Positions 49,385 through 60,691 of a DNA stretch of 64,000 nt are shown here, in pieces. The DNA comes from Podarcis liolepis (Eukaryota). The position numbers and the translations under genes were made by a program. Every line of letters begins with the position of its first letter. Within the stretch, counting starts at the first letter, position 1. The notes under the pieces are model-generated. The model saw nothing but the letters and a program-made list of their open reading frames with translations. It was not told the DNA's origin and did no database searches. The DNA lies in NCBI GenBank assembly GCA_965112155.1, contig OZ218101.1. The stretch is one strand, 5' to 3'.

Positions 49385-49516
49385 TATGGTTACCAGATTT
49401 TTTAAAATGAATCCAGGGAGACTTTTCAACTTTAGTAGGAATGATAGGATTTTGTATGGGGACTGATTTGTAAATCTAGGGACTGTCCCTGGGAAACGGG
49501 GACATCTGGTAACCTA
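49385..49516. mobile_element. Small MITE (probably hAT)
   Basis: TIRs GGTTACCAGAT / ATCTGGTAACC. Confidence 0.7.
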
Positions 49517-49527
49517 CTACTACTGAT

Positions 49528-50503
49528 GTATTTATACCATGCCCCTCTGGCTGGGTTTCCTTTGTCACTCTTGGCGGCTCCCAACAGAATTAAAAGCACA
49601 ATAAAACATCAGACATTAAAAACTCCCCTAAACATAGAATCATAGAATCATAGAGTTGGAATAGACCACAAGGGCCGTCGAGTCCAACCCCCTGCCAAGC
49701 AGGAAACACCATCAGAGCACTCCTGACATATGGTTGTCAAGCCTCTGCTTAAAGACCTCCAAAGAAGGAGACGCCACCACACTCCTTGGCAGCAAATTCC
49801 ACTGTCAAACAGCTCTTACTGTCAGGAAGTTCTTCCTAATGTTTAGGTGGAATCTTCTTTCTTGTAGTTTGGATCCATTGCTCCGTGGCCGCTTCTCTGG
49901 AGCAGCAGAAAACAACCTTTCTCCCTCCTCTATATGACATCCTTTTATATATTTGAACATGGCTATCATATCACCCCTTAACCTCCTCTTCTCCAGGCTA
50001 AACATGCCCAGCTCCCTTAGCCGTTCCTCATAAGGCATCGTTTCCAGGCCTTTGACCATTTTGGTTGCCCTCCTCTGGACACGTTCCAGTTTGTCAGTGT
50101 TCTTCTTGAACTGTGGTGCCCAGAACTGGACACAGTACTCCAGGTGAGGTCTGACCAGAGCAGAATACAGTGGCACTATTACTTCCCTTGATCTAGATGC
50201 TATACTCCTATTGATGCAGCCCAGAATTGCATTGGCTTTTTTAGCTGCCGCATCACACTGTTGGCTCATGTCAAGTTTGTGGTCAACCAAGACTCCTAGA
50301 TCCTTTTCACATGTACTGCTCTCAAGCCAGGTGTCACCCATCTTGTATTTGTGCCTCTCATTTTTTTTTGCCCAAGTGCAATACTTTACATGGCTTTACA
50401 TGGCCGCCTTCAGATGTATTCTAAAAGTCAGATAGTTGTTTATTTCCTTGACACCTGATGGAAGGGCGTTCCACAGGGAGGGCGTCACTACTGAGAAAGC
50501 CCG
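49528..50503 (-). mobile_element. L2-type LINE 3' fragment split by CR1 (L2 parts 49528-49633 and 50401-50503)
   Basis: ATTTATACC...GGCGGCT...CCCTAAACA continues as GGC.GCCTTCAGATGT.TTCTAAAAG...GGGCGTTCCACAG after the CR1, matching the lizard L2 3' layout. Confidence 0.65.
49634..50390 (-). mobile_element. Young 5'-truncated CR1 LINE
   Basis: Open ORF 49805-50341 (EKDLGVLVD...[11 protein letters not shown]...[11 protein letters not shown]) and (ATTCTATG)n tail; near-identical to 39217-39687. Confidence 0.95.
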
Positions 50504-50976
50504 CTGCCCTTGCAGCAAATACAATTCAGTATATGAAAGGTGGGGAACAAGGTTTTCAGTGGCTACTAAGCATGATCTATCTGGTTAGAGAGCTGGCAGT
50601 TTCATACATGTGGCATGTCTTTCACACATGCTGGAAGCCACCCCGAATCCAGAATTTCAACAACCTCTCCCACCCCCGTTCTCATCTCCATTCTGCTCAA
50701 TGCAGCACCACTGCTGATAGGAAGCCCCTGCTCCCATTTCCTACCCCACCCCACGACAGGGCGATGTCAAGTCACAGCTCCATAGTTTCCACGTCTCAGA
50801 CAAAATACATGGGAGTCTTATAAATGGGAATCTTTATCTGAACTGGTATCTGTACTGGATCTGAAATTATTTTACACATGTGCTGTTATTCTTTTAATCC
50901 ACACACCCACCCCCGTATCTCTGTGTATATACATAGCTATTTTAATTTTATATATGTTTCTATCAATCATTTCAGG

Positions 50977-51308
50977 CACACAGGTGGCGCTAGGACTTGC
51001 CAATCAAAAGGTTGGTGGTTCGAATCCCCATGACGGGGTGAGCTCTCATTGCTCAGTCCCTGCTCCTGCCAACCTAGCAGTTGCAGTTCGAAAGCACATC
51101 AAAGTGCAAGTAGGTAAATAGGTACCGCTTCAGTGGGAAGGTAAACGTCGTTTCCGTGCGCTGCTCTGGTTCGCCTGAAACGGCTTAGTCATGCTGGTCA
51201 CATGACCTGGAAGCTGTACACCGGCTCCCTCGGTCAATAAAGTGAGATGAGCACCGCAACCCCAGAGTCGGTCACAACTGGACCTAATGGTCAGGGGTAC
51301 CTTTACCT
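50977..51308 (+). mobile_element. Sauria (Squam1) SINE with a ~21-bp deletion in the head
   Basis: Exact 16-bp TSD TATCAATCATTTCAGG (50961-50976, 51309-51324); GGCGCT joins directly to AGG. Confidence 0.92.
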
Positions 51309-52153
51309 TATCAATCATTTCAGGATATATCACTGGAAATGATTCATAAATGAAAATAATAATAGACCACAGTCCTAAGCACACTTCAAAGGGTGAAAGC
51401 CCCATTGAACACTGTGGGAGTGACTTCAAAGTCAACATTCAAAGAGAAAAAAATCATAATATTTTGGTTAAAGCTTCACATTAGATATGTATATAAAGTG
51501 AAATCAGGTGGAATGTATCTCAATAGCAAACATGTAGCTTGCAGGTAATATAGAACATACAGAAAATAGTCCATTCCCTTCATGGTCTGCTCTCATAGTC
51601 CTTGGCAAGACTAGTCAAAGAGGGAAGGATGTTGCTTTCTCCAGCAGGCTCCCTGGAAACATTTTAAATGGGGAAGAGTGGCTTGTAATTTTCCGCTATG
51701 ACTGTAAAAGGAAGGGAGCATGCTTGAAAATATCTCAACACATGCACTCAGATCCTGTGCTAAACTAAAGCAAACGCATAAGCTGCATTAGGCAAACTTA
51801 CAAAGCTGCAATCCTAAGCATACTGACGAGGAGGCAAGCTCTATTAAACTCAGTGGGACTCGCTTCCAAGATGAAATTATGTATATTGTAAGCAATTTCC
51901 TTCTGATGGGGCACATTTTGAAAATTGATTAGCTCTTTAAAAACAACCACATTTCATCATAGGGATTTTCATACACACACACAAAAGACTGCACTTAGAT
52001 ATGAAGATCATTAAAGTAAATGATTTTTCCTTCTTTTGCATTCCAGCAATGTCTATACAGAAAAAAATTAAATTTAACCCATAGACTAAAATAATCAAGT
52101 TAACCCAGTCACCTGGTCGAGAGATCAACAAATCCTCAGAAATAATGACATAC

Positions 52154-52184
<31 letters not shown>

Positions 52185-52538
52185 TAGAAACCTGCTGCCA
52201 AATAATTGTCCAGTTAGTTCAAATGAGTGATGGGAAAATTCTTCTTAGCTTGGCTTTCAATTTGTTTGCTGTTCTCAAGCTTTCCTAGTTAAACCTCTCT
52301 TGTTTGAAGTTGAGTGTTGTTTCAAAAAATTAATAGTAATCTGTGCTTTCCCCCTTCTCTTCCTATTTGCCATGCCACCCCTGCAAAAAAAGTTGGGCTG
52401 CATATACATGATACATTTGAAGTACAGGAGGCTCCTCAAAGAACCTTGGGAGTTTGTTAAAATGCTAGAAATTTTAGCTCTGGTAAGAGTAAATTACAGT
52501 TCCCAGGATAATTTGAGAGGCCTTATGTGCTTTAAATG

Positions 52539-52901
52539 GGGTGCAGGTGGTGCTGTGGGTTAAACCACAGAGCCTAGGGCTTGCCAATCAGAAGATCAGC
52601 GGTTCGAATCCCCGCGACGGGGTGAGCTCCGATTGCTCGGTCCCAGCTCCTGCCCACCTACCAGTTCAAAAGCATGAAGTGCAAGTAGATAAATAGGTAC
52701 CGCTCCGACGGGAAGGTAAACAGTGTTTCCGTACACTGCTCTGGTTTGCCAGAAGCGGCTTAGTCATGCTAGCCACATGACCTGGAAGCTGTCTGTGGAC
52801 AAACGCCAGCTCCCTCGGCCAATAAAGCGAGATGAGCACTGCAACCCCAGAGCTGGTCATGACTGGACCTAATGGTCAGGGATCCCTTTACCTTTACCTT
52901 T
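52539..52901 (+). mobile_element. Sauria (Squam1) SINE
   Basis: 13-bp TSD TGTGCTTTAAATG (52526-52538, 52902-52914); (ACCTTT)n tail. Confidence 0.93.
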
Positions 52902-55900
52902 TGTGCTTTAAATGCATGTTGTACTACCTCTTGAAAGGGGAGGTAAACAGGAGCCTAGAAGATGTGTAGGTACTGGTCTTGGAGGAAGTACACAGCCACC
53001 ATGACTAGTTTCAATTGATAGCCCAGTATTGGACAGTGTGTTGAGGTGATGACATCTGACATGTAGACAACTGAGTTGCTGTTGAATACCAGGAAGGTAT
53101 GGGGCAGAGGGAGGCAGGGATGCTAGCATGGTGCAAGCACACTGGCAGAGCTAATCTGACTGTGAGTGTTTCAGTCCTGGTGCCAAGCGTATATAGCCTG
53201 AGATATAATGCTAGTTGTTGGCATAGGAAAAATCAACCCTATGCCTGATACGTAGCCCCAAGATAATCAAGAAAGAGAGAAATGTTTTGAGTTGAGAACC
53301 AGTTTGAGTGAAAACTCAGCATATTTGGGAACTGCCTTCTGAACCTTTGACAGAGCATGACAAAAAGGAAACCTTGATTCAACTGTATAAACGATTGTGA
53401 TACCGTATATGAATATTTAGGTAGTGTTTTAGAAATTAAGCATACACACATACACACCTGTGAAACACTGCACCAAAGTCAGTGTGAGATGTACAATCTC
53501 ACTCTTTTACAGTGTTTTATCCATGTGCTTGTGCACTTTCATAATGCACTGTAGGCGAAAATGAACCAAAAGCTGTGGCAGAATGCGCGGGCTGAAGTTG
53601 GAGAATTGCTTTTACAATTCAGAAGCAATGAAACTCAGGGTTGAATGAAGCGCACAAGCATTAAAGGAATGGACTGATGGAAATCCACTCACGCCTAGAT
53701 TTGTGATCCTCAGAGATAACTTTAGATGCATAGAATATTTCAGCTTCCATCAGCATGAGATATCGTAAAGTTTTTATGTACAATAGGATAACATTTCAGT
53801 GATTCCTCTTCAGTCATTCCTCTTCAGCTGATCTCCTAGAGAGAGAAAACACATTGTACTTTATGTAGTTGTTTTGATCGTGGCAGTTTTGGAGGGTCCT
53901 TTCAGATTTATTTTCACATTGAACTTTGTCTTCCCTGGCAATCTAGGTTTTCTCGTTTGTTGATTTGTTTTACAATCTCCGCTGATATTCTTTATTATTT
54001 CCTGTGTGTCGAATTACTGCGTCATAAATATTTAGAATGTGGCCATACTCGGTAAAGCAATCTTTGCATTGCTTTTGTTTAGGCTCTTATTTTTACCCAA
54101 GAGCTAAAATATTTAGCTCATAAGAAACACTGCTTGCTGATTTAATGATAGCACAATAATTTGTGTCACCAAATGCTGCCTGGTTTTTTAAATTCATGGC
54201 CCTTTAGCTTTTGTTTCTCCCTATATTCTGAGGTATGTTTGTGTGTGTGTGTTTAAAAATATGCTACCAAGGCCAAATCTCCTTTCTATTTTGTGCCTCA
54301 TTTCAATTGATGTTCACGACCTGTCTTTCCTTACAGGGTGTGTGTTGATTGCATGAGTTTATCAAAGCATCCCTGCTGCTTAATGTAATAATAGCTTTGA
54401 TATGAAATTATTGAGAGATCAACTATAATAGCTCAGACTCCAGGTTAAATGCTATAATTATTCTCTTCGCAGTGTTTTCCTCTCATGTTTTGAAAATCCC
54501 TGTGAGCATATTGTATGATTCTTTTTAATGTCCTATATAGTAGAGAATACATCTTCAATGCTGGCTTCCAAGCAAGAGCAAAGAGAAGAGGGTAAGACAA
54601 AAAGGGCTTCTGGCCACGTTCCCCACATTCTAATCCCTTCCTTTAATGCAAGTTCTTTGGTAGATAAAGGGCAAGACTTCTGGCAGGTTTCATTATTAGG
54701 TCTTTGCCATTTCTAGCTCTATTGTTTCAGAATTGGAATTGGATGCTTTGTTTATCTTAGAAGAATGTAAGCCATCCAAAGGGAAGTTCATTAACAGTGC
54801 CCTCTAAATAACTCATTCTGTTCAACTGTTGAACTTGTTCCAAGAAAAGTCACAATCAGAAGACTCTGCAGTGGTGTTTGGCAAATAGTGGCAATTGAAG
54901 ATGCAGATTCTTTTCATAGCATCTATGAAAGACAGACAATGATGAGAGCTACATTAAAGACAATTTGTATCCACCAGCTGCAGTGTTGCACCTGAAATTT
55001 TGGCTTGGCTTTAGGGAAACAAAGTCCACCCCTTGCTTAGGGACAAGGGAGAAATGCATTTAGTTTGCATTTTAATTGTAATGCAAACTTCCCAGATTTC
55101 CACTTCCTGAACCAATATGTGAACTGAAATTTTCCCTGTGAAATTTTTCCTGAATGTTGTGATGCAGTTCTCCAACTAAAGAATGCATACAAAAATGGAA
55201 ATATTAGTGAAATAATGTACAAAACACACATTCTGTTAAGGAATATTGCTTGCAAAAATGCTTATACCAGACAAAATTGTGCACACAATGTGCATATTAA
55301 GGGAAATCTGCATGAAAGTAAATATGAATTTTTGAGTGGACCTTTTTTGGGGGGGAGATTGCAGTGGGCTGAGCGGAATTTGAAATTGGGAAAATAGAAA
55401 TTGGCAGATTTGTCCATCTCTGTCCCTTGCATTGCCAAAACCCTCTCCACCCCCTTTACCTTAATGTTTATTTCTTTGGGAGCTACTCCTAGATCTCAAG
55501 TAACATAAGAAACAGTCCTGAAGAATAACAACAGATTTGAGGTATATGAAATTCCAGCTTATTATGACTCAGTGGATCCATCTATGTGGCATTCAGTGAA
55601 GCAGAAGCAAGACACCTCACGATCTTATCCTGCCACAAATTCTGCTTAGTCCTTGACCCAGATGCAAGACAGCTCTTTATTTCTGGATTTTTTGCATATG
55701 TTTGCAATTTTTGAAGTTTGGAGTGGGTTTTGAATACACTCTGAAGGCAGTTTGTGGATACTTTTTCTTCAAGTAAAGGTTTTGAAAAGCAATTGAAGAA
55801 CTGGAAAGTGAAGGAACTGAATGCTTAACTAGATGAGAAACCTTTTGCACAATGGCAGCTGGGACCCAAGCACAATCAGTTTTAACCTTTTGCTTCTTGC

Positions 55901-56220
55901 TTCAATCCAATAGGAGTCTATCTGTTATTAGAGGAAAACTTCTATATGGTGCAAATGGCAGCTTTTCTTCCAACAAAAATAGCAGGTAAGGAGGGCCTAA
56001 TCCATCTCAGAATTACAACAGCAAGCAAAAGTGTTAAAGTCTCAAAGGCCAGGATCCTCAACATCTTCTATTTACTTTTGAAAAGCCATTCAAACAGCTG
56101 CTAATTGCATAGACTTCAGCTCCCCTAACTTGGCCCTGGAATGCATAGCATTATTGATTTCAGCTCAAGAGGTTTTTTAAAATTAATGATCCATATTTTC
56201 AAAATAGGTTTTAGCTGCTT

Positions 56221-56360
56221 AAGATGATGTAAGGTTCATTCAGTTTAAGGCTCACGTTCATTTTCCACCCATAAAAGAGGCATAGATATAGATAATATTA
56301 TGTCTTTTATGGAAGGGGGTGAATGTGAGCCTTAAATCAAATGACCCTGAGATCATTCTT
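56221..56360 (+). repeat. ~140-bp imperfect inverted repeat (foldback)
   Basis: Arms TTTAAGGCTCAC.TTCA...CCATAAAAGA / TCTTTTATGG...TGAA.GTGAGCCTTAAA around a ~14-nt AT-rich loop. Confidence 0.85.
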
Positions 56361-56930
56361 CCATTTCCTGATCTTTCTAGAGCAGGGATGAGGAGCCTGT
56401 TGCCCTCTGGATGTTGCTGTATGACAACTCCCATCATCTCTTACCATTGATCATGTTGGCTGGAGCTAATGGAAATTGGAGTCCAATGAGATATGGAAGG
56501 CCCATTCTCGCTGATTCCCCACTCCTGTTCTAGAGAGTGCCTCAGTTGTATTGCATCCAGGCTGCTGTCTTGGAGATCTCTTAGAAAATTGATTTTCATT
56601 ATGTTAAGGGGGCCAGGTGTTGAAAAATATATTGAAACAAAATATCCTTATTTAGTAAAACAATTGTGGAAGATTGCTGGAGAATTAATATCAAGTTGTA
56701 TCCAGTGTCACAGGCCTGATTGGATAGTGCAGTTTACAGGGGGAGGAGACAATGGCAAATTTCTGTTGTGCAAGCAGAATCCATTCCGCACGCAGAGAGA
56801 CCTAGAAGCATAGCAAATGTAGTTTCCAATTGCTTCTTGGTTCAATGCATATCCCAGTGTTCCTAGTAGCAATAGATTTTCCCAAGCATCTAATGACTGA
56901 TAAGGCCTTCATTCTGAGACCTTCGCAATA

Positions 56931-57156
56931 CAGTGGTACCTCAGGTTAAGAACTTAATTCATTCTGGAGGTCTGTTCTTAACCTGCAACTGTTCTTAACC
57001 TGAGGTACCACTTTAGCTAATGGGGCCTCCTGCTGCTGCCGCGCCGCCAGAGCACGATTTCTGTTCTCATCCTGAAGCAAAGTTCTTAACCCAAGGTACT
57101 ATTTCTGGGTTAGTGGAGTCTGTAACCTTAAGCGTCTGTAACCCGAGGTACCACTG
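56931..57156. mobile_element. Tc1/mariner MITE, second copy
   Basis: Same TIRs as 43917 (one mismatch), TA flanks; 16 bp shorter. Confidence 0.92.
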
Positions 57157-57363
57157 TACAGAAATCTCCCCTGCTCTTTTCCTTCCTCAAAAGGGTGAGT
57201 TTGGAAAAGAGAAGAATGGTGACGTGGAGAGATAGGAAGGCTCTAATTTGTTCAGGGCCCAATTCAGAAGGGATTTGGATGATGGACCCTTCAGTCTACT
57301 TATTTAAATCCTCTCAAACTCAGACCAGTACCTTCACAAATTTCAGTATTTCCCCTCTAATAT

Positions 57364-57823
57364 TGTTACGAGTTTGTGAGTGCCAGACCCCTTCAATCCC
57401 TGGATCCAAAATATAACCCAGGTTTGCTTCCTTATGAGGTAATCACCTGGGTGATGGGCCATTATGAGGACAAAGGAAAGGAGGCTCTGTGTGAGATGGC
57501 AAATGGGTGACTTGCAGAAGGACAAAGGCAGTTTGGAGCAGAGTTTTGGGGGCTGTGTTGTGAACTAGAATAAAAGTAGCAAGCTGGAGAGAGTGTCAGA
57601 GTTTGGTTTCTGTTTGACTCCAAGGCTGTGACTATGGGAAAAGACTTCTTTGGGGAGTTGATGCTGTGAACCCTTCCATTGCAGGCTCAGGTTGTATATA
57701 TGCATAAATAAGCCATATATCATGAAGACACCACAGTCTCCACTGTGCCTAATTCACAAAAGGAAATATGAGCCCCAGGTAAGTAGAATCTCACACAGCT
57801 CAAAGATTGGGATGTGTGGAACA
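57364..57823 (+). mobile_element. Solo LTR (Gypsy-like), 460 bp
   Basis: TGTT...AACA termini; 4-bp TSD ATAT (57360-57363, 57824-57827); TATA-like and polyA-like motifs inside. Confidence 0.75.
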
Positions 57824-58654
57824 ATATGTTTCCAGTGTTCAGACTGCCCTGAAAGTCAGGTGTTCAGACCTAATTCCATCCAACTACACATCCACATGCT
57901 TTGAAATAAATGTCCATGCTAATTTAAAAATCATTCCTACTAACATTGCTCCTGCCACTGATGCAGAATTCTAAGGACAAGCACAATTATGAAAATATGT
58001 ATTAAACCTCCTTTATTAATGACTTCTAATACATATTCTTCCAGCAAGGACCTGTTCACTATGTATGTTGTTTAGTCATGACTATAAGCACTAATTATCA
58101 TTCACCCAGATGTTGTTGTTTTTTGTCCTTTGTCAGTAAAATTGAATACAATGTATAATTTTGAAGTGCTGAATTTTTAAAGTAAGAAATGGTAATTAGG
58201 AAATGTGAGAAATTAATTCATGTTGTTTATAATTAAAGTAAAAAATGTTAACTTGTATAATGCAGTCTAACCTGCTTGTTCACAAACAGAACAATAATGT
58301 TGGCAACTGATATGTAGATACAACAAATGCATTATACTAATTTCTAAAGTACTTTAGTTTTATTTTGATAGAACATTAGAACATCTCAGCCCAGATAGAC
58401 TTACTTGGAAATAATTTTATGTTTTTTGGTTTATGCAGTCCTCAGCACACACCTTTGTGAGAGTCTGATTATACAAAATACGGGAGACTGAAATGGATTG
58501 TCGATATTCCTTCTGGCATTCCTTCTGTGCTTTTAATTGCTGCACAACAAGCAGAAATTTAGCAGGCAGCACTTTCTGGCACAGAAAGGTAGAATCCTGC
58601 TAAACGTAAGCTGTTTCAGAAAAATCTGAGGCCCCTATTATCCAATGGCCTGCA

Positions 58655-59243
58655 TTCTTAAAGCCTGGAGAAGAGATGATTAAGAGGCAATATGATAGCT
58701 ATTTTCAACTACTTGGAGAGCTCTCATAGAACACATTTGCTCTGTGTTCTAAAGGATAAGACATGAGTCAAGAGCAGGGGTCAGCAAACTTTTTCAGCAG
58801 GGGGCCGATCAACTATCCCTCAGACCTTGTGGGGGGCCAGACTATATGGGGGGGATGAACGAATTCCTATGCCCCACAAATAACCCAGAGATGCATTTTT
58901 TTTTAAAAAAGCACACATTCTACTCATGTAAAAACACGCTGATTCCTGGACCGTCCGCGGGCTGGATTTAGAAGGTGATTGGGCCGGATCTGGCCCCCAG
59001 GCCTTAGTTTGCCCACCCATGGTTCAAATGACAAATACAAACAAACCAAAATTTTGGTTAAACATTAGGAGGGACATTCTGTTTGAAGTCTGCCTCAGAA
59101 GGTGGTGGATTCTCCTTTGTTGGAGATCTTTAAGCAGAGGCTGGATGGACACCTATCAGGGATGCTGCAGCAGTGGATATCTTGCATTTGCATAGGGTTG
59201 AACTGGGTGACTTTTAAGGTCCCTTCAGACCCCATAATTCTAG
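58655..59243 (+). mobile_element. Old CR1 3' fragment interrupted by a MITE
   Basis: AGCCTGGAGAAGAGA.GATTAAGAGG (SLEKRRLRG remnant), TTTAAGCAGAGGCTGGATGG and GGTCCCTTC tail. Confidence 0.75.
58775..59021. mobile_element. hAT (Charlie-like) MITE
   Basis: Ends CAGGGGTCAGCAAACT / AGTTTGCCCACCCATG with subterminal GGGCC motifs; TSD not clear. Confidence 0.75.
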
Positions 59244-60651
59244 AGGAAACACTCTACACTTGAGCTGTCACTTCATATTGTACATACAGCATGAATCCTC
59301 TTCTGGATGACAATGGATACTCCTGCCATCATGCACTCTGGAATTTATTTTCCCCAGTTCACTGGTGCCTGTAGAACCCCTGAGAACTATGTATCACACC
59401 CAATGGCTAATAGCAGTCTGCCTACCTACCTGCCGGGCAGCCAGCCTGCCTGCCTTCCGCTCTTTGATATTTATTTGACAGATAGCAATACAATGCAACA
59501 TATTATACATAATATATAATGCAAACATACGTTTAAAAACCAGCACAGAACATCTAAATTTATTTTCTTTAAATGTCCACGCAGTCAATTTATGTTGGTC
59601 AGTAACATTCTAAGAATCTGCAGTAACATGCAATCAATTCCAGGCTAATCGATATAATACAGTCTGCTGCTGAAATGATTTGTGATCTGATAAATACAGT
59701 CTAGCATTCTGGTTAGGCTTTTAGCCCAGAGGTATTGAGCTCCTTCTTAGTTGCCACATCACTTATTTTAGCATACAGAGTGCCTGATTTTTAAGCTGTT
59801 TACTCAGAGATTTAGGTACAGTTGAATATCTTTTATGTTTTTTCCACTGTGGTTTTCTAAAACTTAATTTAAAGTATATGGATTTATATGATGAGCTGTG
59901 TGGAACCCTACACAGAGACAGGATGGTGTACTCAGCATGTTCCATGAAATCTATCTTCAACCTACTGGGTCTCAGGAGTTTATATTGGTGCATTACTATA
60001 TGTTTAGAGGGAATCTTTTAATGATAATTAAATTTGACTTACATGCTGAAGACATGCTGAAGAAATACTGTTATCGTTAATCCTACCATGGGTTTTGCTC
60101 TTCTATTAAATTCGTTTTAGGATTCTTGATTACAATATCAATGTGGGGAGGAAGGGGAGAGATAGGGAATGTGGCCAACATTTTAAAGTGTGGTTCATTA
60201 TCAGCATATAGATGGAGTGAGAACATCTCCACATCCTGAGTCAGCAGGAAAGGATAATTTAAGGAAGATAACGTGTCAAAATGTGTCTCTTGGCCTTTTT
60301 TACACCAGATTTATGGAGCAACCATAATCCACGATAAAAAGTCACATCCATGCCAAGTAATATAGAGGATAATTCTAAGTGCCCAGTAGAGTAAGTGCAA
60401 TTATCTTTCAAACTGAATCAGTGCAATGTTGGGACAGCCTGTAACACAGAGATGTCAATCCATTGCACTGATTAGATTTACACACCACATTCATTTTATC
60501 TGTAGTTTGCCCCCCAAAAGAGGGATCAGGAAGGGAAGAAGGTAGATATGACACATTTCAATCTTTTGCGTGTGGGGGGCGGCGGTGATCATTCAAGAAA
60601 TGAATAGTCATGTTCTTCTATTGCATAGGGACCTTCAATAGCTTGGTTTCC

Positions 60652-60655
<4 letters not shown>

Positions 60656-60685
<30 letters not shown>
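60656..60685. repeat. (GA)n microsatellite
   Basis: Direct observation. Confidence 0.92.

Positions 60686-60691
<6 letters not shown>

Noticed and set aside
53795-53830. Minus-strand CTGAAGA...GAAA hammerhead-like spacing
   Set aside because: Stem II is only 2 bp and there is no stem I; chance match.
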